The position numbers and the translations under genes are program-made. From Lytechinus pictus (Eukaryota): a stretch of DNA of 64,000 nucleotides. Of this stretch, positions 44,301 through 56,300 are shown one piece after another. Under the pieces are notes generated by a model. It worked only from the letters and a program-made list of their open reading frames with translations. It searched no databases and had not been told where the DNA came from. Position 1 is the first letter of the stretch. Every line of letters begins with the position of its first letter. The stretch spans positions 18,726,001-18,790,000 of the forward strand of contig NC_087245.1 of NCBI RefSeq assembly GCF_037042905.1. The letters are read 5' to 3'.

Positions 44301-47300
44301 GTCACAATACACACCATCTCTCGTGCTGCTGCTCAGACACAAGGCCGCTTTACACCAGACAGAGATGTGTACGTCAATAACAAAGAACGCCCTCATAAGC
44401 TCTTTGTTGTTCGTTTCTGGAAGTGGTATGCAAAGACACCATACCCACTAGGAGTGGTCATTGAAGAACTTGAACCAGGGATGAATCCGAGGGAGGGACT
44501 TCACATCCTGAAGCTGATTCACAATGTGAAAGACAAGTTCAAGGACTCGGTTAACGCTTACCTGAGAGAAAACTTTCCTGTAGGATGGACCATCCCAAAG
44601 GCAGACCTGGAGAAAAGAGTAGATCTCACAAAAATGAAGATCTTTACCATTGACCCTCCTGATTCGGAAGATCTGGATGATGCAGTTAGCTTGGAACCCA
44701 TCAGTGGAAATTGTTACAGTGTTGGGATCCACATAGCTGATGTATCATACTTTGTTCCCAAAGGAAGCGACCTTGATGAAGAAGCAAGGATTCGATCAAC
44801 ATCCTTCTATCCATCCTTCCATGAAAAACCCATCCACATGCTTCCTAAGAAGATAAGCACTGACTTGTGCAGTCTCCATCCTAATAAGGACAGGCTGGCC
44901 TTGTCCTTGATAGTAGTACTCAACTCTGATGGAGTACTTGTTGAGCCACCAAATGTGTTCCGTACAATCATTCGTTCTTGCCATAAGCTCACCTATCATC
45001 AGGCAGAAGAGATCATCCATGGAGACTGCCCTGATGAATTACAGGATGTTGCTGAACCCATTCGCTGCTTACACAATCTGGCAAGCAGGAAACGGGCTCA
45101 CCGCCTGGGAGATAAGAAGTATGTGTTCAATGCAGAGGATGATGATGGAGAGGTGCAGGATCCACTAGCTCACAGCTTGATTGAAGAGATGATGGTTCTT
45201 GCGAATGAAATTGTTGCAGATCATCTTCTGCTCAAGTATGCAGACTGTACGCCCCTACGAAGGCAGTTAGCACCAGCACAAGATAAAGTGGAGGAATGGA
45301 GGAAGACACACAAGGATGGTGTCCGCAATAGTATTCTGCTGACTGCCACTGTGAATCAGGATCAGGAAGAAGATGTTGACTATGATGATGATGATGATGA
45401 TGAAGCCGTACTTCCGTTGACCAAACCAGTATGGGAGGAAATTATTCAGGCCTCCAATGAGAACACTCAGAAATCAATGGATAAGGTCATCAACATGATT
45501 TGCATGGATCCAAACCATCCTCTTCAAGCTGTAGCTTTGTCTCAGTTTCATCGGATTATGGAGCGCTCAGAGTATGTGAATTCGGGAGACCAGCAAGGTC
45601 CTGAACAGAAGGCCCACTTCTCATTGAAACTAAAAGCTTATGTTCACTTCACATCACCGATTCGCAGGTTCATTGATCTTGTGGTACACCGGATGCTGAT
45701 TGCTAGCTTGGAAAATCTGCCATGTCCCTATGAAGCACGAGAGCTTGCCAACATTACTCATAATTGCTCAAGCAGAGCTATGCATGCCCAGCGCTTCTCA
45801 AAGGAAAGCAAGTCTCTTCAGCTGGCTCTGAAGTTAAAGGAAGCACCACTGCAGCTACTGACGTTTGTTGAGACACTATCAGATTCTGGGTTGAAGCTTC
45901 TCTTTCCACATAGGCCCTACATTCTACCAACACAATGCAAACTGGGCTTCAACATCCTCAAACCATCAAAGAGACCAGAGACCACTGCAGCATCTGAATC
46001 TGTTGACCTAGCATGGAAGACTCGAATCTATGACGTAAAACTTGAAGGACATCAGAGGCATGGACACAGAAAGGATCCCATAGAACTGGATAATAGACGC
46101 CACATTGTGCATATTCCAGAGGACAACTGGGAAGACATCCGTAACAGTGCAAAGACAGGAGATCATGACTCCATCAGAAGAGCCATTGGGTCAGCCATCA
46201 ATTCTGGGGGGCAAGAGCTTCGTCAGTGCATGGATCAAATGAGGAGATTTAATGAGCAGTCCTCGATTGAAGTGACTTGTGAGTATGTGGACATGACGGG
46301 AAAGCAGCAATATTTTATTGACTTCTGCCGTTCCTTCAGGAAAGGCGACGTGAACCAAGTCCAGCTTCATGCTCGTCTCTTCAAAGGTGTCTTGACTCCA
46401 CATGTCCAGCTCTTCAACATGACGCCTCACCTGGACGTGTGTGCAGAGCACCGTGATCAGCCTGTCCATTGCTTTTCAGACGTTGCCACCAGGATTCCAG
46501 GAAGGGAGAAATCCATTGCTGAATACAAGAAGTCCTGGCTTCCCATCTTGTCAATGATTAGTGCTTACAGTGCTGTTAACTCTGATGACACTGTCACCAT
46601 CCACAATGTGGTGATTACCTGGAATAAATTAGAAGGCAACAGGTATCAGGGCTACTTCAATCTTCCCCTACCATTTCTAGAGCAACGCTTTGTTCGTATC
46701 GCCGGGAAACCACCAAAGAAGGAAAAGGGTAATGAAGATGAGGAGGACTACCCACTAGATTTCATCTGTGTCCGTTACAAGGATCTGCGCATCTCAACTC
46801 GAAAGCACCTTAAGATGCGTGAACTGGACAGAAGTTCCAAGAACCAAGAGACAATAGGACCTTACAATCGTCGAGCATGGACTGAGCAGACCTTCGTAGC
46901 GCATGGGTACTCCACAGATGTCCAGACTGACAAGACTGCCCAGCTTCGGACCATCACCTTCCAGCTCCACACCACGTCCATACCCTTTCCAGAGGATAAA
47001 CTACTCTATCAACATGAAGGAAAGCAGATAACATGCACCATTGAAATCATCCCCAAGTCTCCTCCTGATCAGTAAGCATAAGTTTGTTAAAATTCTTGAT
47101 TCTCTTGTCAAGTGAAGACTTTTCAGATCAAAATGTCAATTGATAGGCTGTCTAACCTTTTAGCAATAGTGATATGAAAGGAGATAAAAGAAAACCTATT
47201 AATTATTCCAAAATACATGTGAAAGTAAACTTATACACACTTTTTTGTGATTGTCATTATTTGATTAACTGAAAACCTAAATTGGAGTGTAATGTAACCC

Positions 47301-50300
47301 CCCCCCCCCATTATGTTATTGCCCTCCATAAAACTGGAATTACTGTACTTGACTAAAATTGTAAGTTTTTGTTTGTGCTATCCCTTCAATATTGATGTGG
47401 ATAAAATTTTGAATATTTATTTCTCAGTTCTTTCCCCTCATTCTCCTTTGTATAGTATCAGTGATTTACAATGAAATGTACATCCTTCATACATCTTTTT
47501 TCCATCTGTAACACTGGTCATTAGTATTTGAGTAATGTCCAGAATGACATTATTTTGTTCTTGTAATGTGTGTCCAGAGTTGAGTTGTGTATTCTGTTTT
47601 GACGTTTGTAGGCGGGTTGAAAATTCAATGAGGAAGCTTGAAGACACGACGCCTCTGATCCGCAACATTTGTCTACGCAAACCTTGCAAGGCTGATGATG
47701 GAGTCTTTAATTCAGGTAAAGTGATTTTTTGTAAAAACATTGGCAGAATTGGCTTTGAAAAAAAAAATAAAAAAGAGATAACCACAATTATAAGCTGATT
47801 TTATCTTTTTTTGTTTCACCTGCATTGCAGAGTGAGACTATAGGCGCCACTTTTCCGACGGCGGTGGCGTAAACACCAATTCTTAACCAAAGGTTACGTT
47901 TTGGAAATGACAGCATAACTTAGAAAGGATATGTACCTAGTTCGTGAAACTTGGCCTTAAGGTTAATCAAGTATTACTGAACATCCAGCCTGAGTTTCAG
48001 GTCACATGACCAAGGTGAAAGGTCATTTAGGGTCAATGAACTTAGACCATGTTGGGGGAATCAACATCAAAATCTTAACCTAAGGTTAAGTTTTTGAAAT
48101 GTCATCATAACTTAGAAAGTATATGGACCTAGTTCATGAAACTTGGACATAAGGTTAATCAAGTATTACTGAACATCCTGCTTGAGTTTTACGTCACATG
48201 ACCAAGGTCAAGGGTTATTTAGGGTCAATGAACTTTGGCCAAATTGGGGGTATCTGTTGAATTACCATCATAACTTTGAAAGTTTATGGATCTGATTCAT
48301 GAAACTTTGACATGAGAGTAATCAAGTATCACTGAACATCCTGTGTGAGTTTCAGGTCACATGATCAAGGTCAAAGGTCATGTAAGGTCAATGAACTTCG
48401 GCCAAGTTGGGGGTATTTGTTGAATTACCATCATAACTTTGAAAGTTTATTGGTCTAGTTCATAAAACTTGGACATAAGAGTAATCAAGTGTCACTGAAC
48501 ATCCTATGCGCATTTCAGGTCACATGACCAAGGTCAATGAAATTTGGCCATAATAGGGTATCTGTTGAATTACCATCATAACTTTGAAAGTTTATGGATC
48601 TGATTTATGAAACTTGGACATAAGAGTAATCAAGTATCTTTGAACATTTCGTCCGAGTTTCAGGTCACATGACCAAAGTTAAAGGTCATTTAAGGTCATT
48701 GAACTTGGCCATTCTAGACGTTATTGTCTCGCTGCATAGCAGAGCGAGACTATAGGCGCCGCTTTTCCGACGGCGGCGGCGTCAACATTGAAATCTTAAC
48801 CTTGGTTAAGTTTTTTAAATGTCATCATAACTTAGAAAGTATATGGACCTAGTTCATGAAACTTGGACATAAGAATAATGAAGTATTACTGAACATCCTG
48901 CCTGAGTTTCAGGTCACATGACCAAGGTCAAAGGTCATTTAGGGTCAATGAACTTAGACCATGTTGGGGGAATCAATATCGAAATCTTAACCAAGGTTAA
49001 GTTTTTGAAATGTCATAACTTCAAAAGAATATGGACATAGTTCATAAAACTTAGAAATAAGGGTAATAGTGTATCACTGAATATCCTGCCTGAGTTTCAC
49101 ATCACATGATTAAGGTCAAAGGTCACTTAGGGTCAACAAACTTTGGCCATGTTGGGGTTATTTGAGGAATTGTCATCATAACTTTAGAATTCTAGTTTAT
49201 GGATCTAGTTCATGAAACTTGGACATAGGAGCAACCATGTATTCCTGAATATCATGCGTGAGTTTCAGGTCACATGAAAAAGGTCAAAGGTCACTTAGGG
49301 TCAATGAACTTTGGCCATATTGGGGGTATTTGAGGAATTGTCATCATAACTTTGAATTTTTATAGATCTAGTTCATGAAACTTGGACATACGAGCAATCA
49401 AGTATCCTTGAACATCCTGTGCTAGATTCAGGTCACATGATCAAGGTCATTTAGGGTCAGCAAACTTTGGTAATGTTAGGGGTATTTGTGGAATTGTCAT
49501 CATAACTTTAAAAGTCTATGGATTTAGTTCATGAAACTTGGATATAAGAGCAGCAATGTATCCCTGAATACCCTGTGTGTGTTTCAGGAACATGGTTAAG
49601 ATCAAAGGTCATTTAAAGGTCAATGAACTCTGGCTGTGTTGGGAGCATGTGTTGAATGGCATTATAACTTAAGAAGTTTATGTTACTTGCTCATGAAACA
49701 TCGACATAAGGGTAATCAAGTATGAATTATTGTTTTGCACATGTCTTAAGTCACATGATCATGGTCAAAGGTCATTTTGGGTCAATGGACATAATATTTT
49801 ATTATCATATTAGTGTTTTCTTTTGTGAATAATTATTCATTAGCTGTTTTTCAAAGAAAGCACTGCTGCTATATCGAATTGCGTAATGCAGGTGAGACTT
49901 CCAGAGGCGTTCCACTTGTTATAAGATTGCTGTCATAACTTTCAAAGTTTATAGATAGGCCTATAGTGTATAAAATGTGGATATAGGGGTAATCAAGTTT
50001 CACTGACAAGTTTTAGGTCACATGATCAAGGTCAAAGGTCTATGAACGTAGTATTGTATCATTATATGAATGGTGTTTTTTTTTTAATAATTATTTTATA
50101 GTAGTTTTCAAAGTCAGCACTGCTGCTATATTGAATCGCGTGATGCAGGTGAGACCGCCAGAGGCATTCCACTTGTCAAGTCATGGATTTTCTTGAAATT
50201 TGGCTTTTCACAATCGAATGACTTAAGCCATTAGTCTTTGCTTGAATCCCTTTCTCCACTTAAATACCCAGACCGGACCCAAAAGTGAAATTGACAAATC

Positions 50301-53300
50301 ATTCCAATCAGAAGCTTAATAAACTACTTAATACAGCTATGCATTTTCACCGCTTACCAGCTGAGTATTTTGCTTAAGAATAGCTCCAATTAACAGGCTT
50401 AGAAAGTAGGCTTTCTTGTGCTTTTAACCGTTTTGTTCCATAGGTTTGTACACATAAACACTGGGTGACTTTTCTGCTTTTCAGATTACGCATTTTATTT
50501 TCTTCACTTCGATCATGTAGAGATAAACATGTAGATATCTTTTCCTGCAAGCTTGCATTGATATGATATGCAGCTTTGGAATACTAGTAGTCTTTGCCAT
50601 ATTTTACTACCAGCTTATTTGGCGCAGCTTTCCAATTTTATCTGCATTAAGAATATGTGTAATAACTTTTCCTGACAGCAATTTAGGCCCAATAAGAGCC
50701 ACACAAGGAAATCACAAAAACATAGTTAAGAGTTGTTAGGTTTCCATCCATATGAGCATCTATTCATTATTTTATTTCTGGCTTTTATCAAAGGAATAAT
50801 TCCAAAAATAACCCATGTGCTCTTTGTTCCATTTCCCAAGATGAAATCACGAAGACTGCGCTGAAGGAAGGTGGAAAGGTGAAGGATCTGCATGTCCAGG
50901 AGACTCGCCTAAACCCTCTAAACAAGCCTCAGACAGAAGCTGTCAAGATGGCTCTCAAGAGCACTTTCTCTATCATCCAAGGTCCACCAGGTGAGTTGAT
51001 CATTTGGTCTTTCAAGCCTGGTCTTGTTGGTTTTGTTTGTGTTAAAGTAGAGAGGAGAGTATGAATCAGATGGCCTGCCCTATGAAATGCCCCCTCTAAG
51101 TAAACCACAGTCAGAAGCTGCCAAGATGCATTTAAAGAACACTTCCTCTATCATCCAAGAACTAATTTCTATAATCCCACCCATAATCTCCACCCAAACA
51201 ACAAGAAACACAAGATTAAACATAACCCAAGACTGTTAGGGTAAAGAAAGACTGTTTACAAGACCACCTGTCTCTTGTGACCTTGTGTAATGAATTTCTT
51301 CAAAAAGAAGTGAATGCTGTAGAACTTGTTGAGGAACAACACCTTCGTATATTAATGAATCCATACTTCCCATTCTAGGAACTGGAAAGACTGTGACAGG
51401 TGCCTATCTGGCTTACTTCTTTACCCAAGTCAATGAAAAGGTTCCAGCGATGGGGAAAGGTAGACCACAGATACTGTACTGCGGACCTTCCAACAAGGCT
51501 GTGGATGTCATTTCCAGTAAGTCCTCTATATCTTTATGAATTATGAATGATTCGTAGGTGCATTAAGTGATGTGATATACTATGTAATTATAGTAAATAG
51601 AATGAAAGAATATTGCACAATTGCAGTGGAAATCATTGTGCATGTCACCCAAAATGTAATCTCCACAATTGTGTAGTGGTATTTGCTTGAAATTAGATTT
51701 CAGCTGTGATTTTTAAGAAAGCTCAAAAACTTCTAAATTTTGATTGAGACACCCTTTTTAGGTTTTTGTCTCGCCTGCAGAGCAGAGCGAAACTATAGGC
51801 GCCGCTTTTCCAACGGCGGCGTCAACATCAAATCTTAACCTAAGGTTAAGTTTTTGAAATGTCATCATAACTTAGAAAGTATATGGACCTAGTTCATGAA
51901 ACTTGGGAATAAGGTTAATCAATTATTAGTGAACAACCTGCTCGAGTTTCAGGTCACATGACCAAGATCAAAGGTCATTTAGGGTCAATGAACTTTGGTC
52001 AAGTTGGGGGTATTTGTTGAATTACTATCATAACTTTGAAAATTTATGGATCTAGTTCATGAAACTTGGACATAAGGTTAATCAAGTATTAGTGAACATC
52101 CTGCTTGAGTTTAAGGTCACATGACCAAGGTCAAAGGTCATTTAGGGTCAATGAACTTTGGCCAAGTTGGGTTTTTTTGTTGAATTGCCATCATAACTTT
52201 GAAAGTTTATGGATAGAGTGAATGAAATGTGGAAATGTTGTGTAGTTGACAAGCCTTAAGTCACTGTTCAAATGTCATTTATGGTCAATGAATGTGGTAT
52301 TATGTCATTATATGAATGGTGTTTTTGTGAATGATTATTTTGTAGTAGTTTTCAAAGTTAGCACTGCTGCTATATTAAATCGCGTAATGCAGGCGAGACT
52401 GCCAGAGGCGTTCCACATTGAGCCAAACATGCACTTACAAAATATTTAGTATTTTCAGGCATTTTAAATTTTATCAAAAAAATGTGTGGAGACTTATATG
52501 CTCTGGATTTATTGCCAAACAATGTCACTTTTTTTTACCCCCCGCCAATCCAGGTTATTCATGTACAAGGTTAATAAAACAGGGCCGAGATTGTAAGCCG
52601 AGTTCAATTCTATTCAATGTTTGTGTGTTTTATTTTTAGGAGATACGTACAATGACCTGTTAATTTCTTATATATACTGTACCTTTCTAATATCACCAAC
52701 AGTGTACTTGAAGAAATTCAACATCTCCATTGTCCGGGTCTACAGCGAGTCAATGATAGACAAAGTCTACCCCATCCCTGGCATGCCTAGTTCTCAATTC
52801 AAGTGGCAACGCAACCAAGCTCGCATCGATGATCGACTGGATGATGTCTCCCTCCACAAGTTGATCCGCAAGCCGGGAGCCCCGTACGCAGAGGAGATCC
52901 GAGCAACAGAGGCCAACTTCAGGCGCATCTCATCGACGACTGTAAAAGAGGCTCGAGCTTACAGACAACTCATTGATATGGCTGAGGTATGTCCAGATGG
53001 AATGTAAATGATTAAATAATAAATGAAAGGTAATAAGCTATATGAGGTGTTCTCTTTTTCACCTACTTTATAAGATTAAGTGTTCTTATTTGGTTGAGGA
53101 TGAATGATTTCAAATCAAACATTTGATCTTCATATTTGCAAGCCAAAAATTCATTTTATTTGCCATATCCTTTTTATTTTATTAATTTATTCACAACACT
53201 TACAAACTAAGATAATTTTTGGGCAGCATTGTAGATCAAGTGTGAGAGGATTAGGTTTAGATAATAAACGTATTTTACTCCTATTTTCAGTACAAATTGT

Positions 53301-56300
53301 CTGTTGGATGAAATTGTTTCCTCTTTTTGATTTGTAGATTTTCGCCCAAAATATTCAAGTTCAAGTTCAATTTATTCAAAAAAACCAGACATATTATGAG
53401 TACAAATCAATGATCAGATGGTACAAAAGAATACATGATACAATATGAACGGTTTTCTAGGACCCCGAAGAAGCACAGCTTGTGAGTGGGGCCCTATACC
53501 TCTAAATAAGATGTAGATCTAAATGTATAAAATGACAAAGGAGAATACATAATAAACAGATATATAGACTACAGATATGTACAAAATGTACATTGAACAA
53601 GTGTCAGCATAAACACAAACACACTCACACACACACACCCTCACACGCAAACACACATGACTAGGGCGGCCAACTACGAGATACATGTAAAACATAATAG
53701 ACTCTATGGATGAAAAACTTTCTAAATTAACTAAGATAATAGATTGTCAAAGAGGTATTTTTTACATTGCACTTTAAACCGATAAAGAGTTGTACAGTTC
53801 CTAATATCAGAAGGTAACTTGTTCCACTCCTTGATACAGGTTGTTATGAAAGAATTTAAGGATACATTAGTTCTTACATAAGGTCGGTGGATAAAGTTAT
53901 GTTGACGTGTATTGTAATTGTGTATCTGAGAGTTAAGGGGAAATAAGTCTTTTAGTTGGCAAATTTGGGGGCAAAAATGAAGATTAAACATGAAAATCAG
54001 ACAATTAAATGCAACTAACTCGTCAAAAGGGAGCAATTTTAGCTGAAGGAATAAAGGTTTACTAGGGTGTCTGGAAGTCGAATTGGTGATGAGCCTTATG
54101 ATTTTCTTTTGTAAAACTTTAAGTTTGTCAATTTAAGTCTTAAAAGTATTACCCCATGCAACATTGCAGTAAGTCAGATAGGGAAGCACAATGCTGGTGT
54201 ATAAGATTCTTAGAATAGACCCAGGTAAAAACAACCTTTACCTACATATAACACCTACACCTCGAGAAACCTTTGTACACACTGATTCTAAATGGGGTTT
54301 CCAAGTCAAATGCTCATCAATAATTACTCCTAGAAATTGAATATGCTCACTACGAGCAACATTGTGGCCCCCAACATCAAGAATATTGACATCGTCTGGA
54401 ATAATTTTGCCTCGTGATCGAAAAATAATACATTTAGTTTTCTTAACATTTAGCAAAAGTTTATTACAACAGAACCATGCAATAACTTTTTAATTTCTAC
54501 ATTTGCAACTAAAATAAGAGTAGCAACGTTTCTATTTATAGTAAACTTGTGTCATCAGCAATCAGAGAATACAAAAACACATTTGATGAGTTGTTGATAT
54601 CATTGACATAGATTAAATATAACAAAGGACCAAGTACCGAACCCTGGGGCACACCATAGTGAATATTACCAGATTGCGATTTAACACCATCAACCATGAC
54701 ATATTGTGTACGATCTTGTAAATAGCTTTGGAACCAAGCCAATGCTACTCCGCGTACTCCATAGTGCTCAAGTTTACTAAGAAGGATGACATGGTCAATC
54801 GTGTCAAACGCCTTGGACAAATCAAGGAAAATTCCAAGGCAAAAATTACCATCATCAAATGATTTTATAATAGTATTTAATAAGTTGAAAACACCCATGC
54901 TAGTAGAGAAGTGTTTTCGGAAACCATGTTGCTGAGGGATCAAAATGTTTCTTTCCAACAAAAACCCGTTCAATCGCTTGTAAACAATCTTCTCCAAGAG
55001 CTTAGAAAATATTGGCAAAAGAGCTATAGGTCTGTAATTAACAATATTCTTCTTGTCATCTTTTTTTAAAACAGGAACAACCTTAGCCACCTTTAACTTC
55101 GATGGGACTATCCCATGTGACAAAGAATTATTAAAAATAACACACAATGGTTCAACAAAATAATGAATACATTCCTTAACAACCTTAGGGGCAGTATCAT
55201 CAGAACTGCTTGACTTTGATGACTTAAGTGATGAAACAAAATTAATGATTTCAGTGACAGAAGTTGGTCTAAGAAACAGAGAAGTATTATCAATGTTTGG
55301 CTTTAAATACTCATGAAAAGACTGTGGTACTGTCGGAATTTCTCTACTTATTTTCGCAGGCAATCCAATGAATTATTTGTTAAAACATTCAGCCTTATGC
55401 TTACTAGACAATAAAGATGATCCTTCATGGAACATCTCTGATGGGATCAAATGCTTCTTACCCCTGCCCAATAATTCATTGATGTGTGACCAAGTTTTCC
55501 TTATATCTCCCTTAACACTTTGAAATAGGTGGTCATAAAATACCGGTTTTGCTAAGCGAAGCGTCCTAACAAGAACATTTTTATATCTAACATATTTTGT
55601 TTTATTTGAATAATTTGGCGTTTTGACATATTTGGAATATAGATTATGTTTGTGATTGATTTTAATAAACCACCGGTAACCCAAGGTTTCTTGCTTTTCT
55701 TCTTACTTATCACTTTGACGAGAGGGAAACATTGATCATACAAATCAGTGAATATACGAATAAAATATTCATAGGACTCATCAGGATTATCTAGCAGGTA
55801 CAGATCCTGCCATTCAGTTTGCAGTAGATTTTGTTGAAAGTTCAAAATCCTTTGGTCTGTGATTAATCGTTTAAATGAGGCTTGGTTGTTTGATCTATCA
55901 TCAACAAAATCACCCTTATTAACACAAAAAATTGGCAAATGATCTGATATATCTGAGCACAAGATACCAGCATCGAAATCATTATGGATACAGTTTGTGA
56001 AAATATTGTCTATCAGAGTTGCTGCATTTTGTGAGATTCGAGTGGGCTTTGATATAAGAGAAAATAAACCAAAGAATTCATCAAGTCAGCAAATTCTTTG
56101 ACCTTAGCATCAGAATTATAATTTAGCAGATTAAGGTTAAAATCACTAATAATATAGACATCTTTATTTTCTCTGCTAAGAGTCTGAAGCTGCAATTCAA
56201 GGTTTTCACAAAAGGATGTACTATCGTTATTTGGTGCTCTGTATACACAACCAATCACTGACTTTTTATTACTCAAAGACAATTCGACAAAAATAGATTC

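Noticed and set aside
42841..46469. Antisense and alternate-frame ORFs over the large exon
   Set aside because: Short shadows of a long coding exon with no independent motifs.
42702..47075. Stand-alone 1457-aa RNase gene
   Set aside because: It begins mid-helicase after a splice acceptor and has a donor just before the stop, so it is an internal exon.
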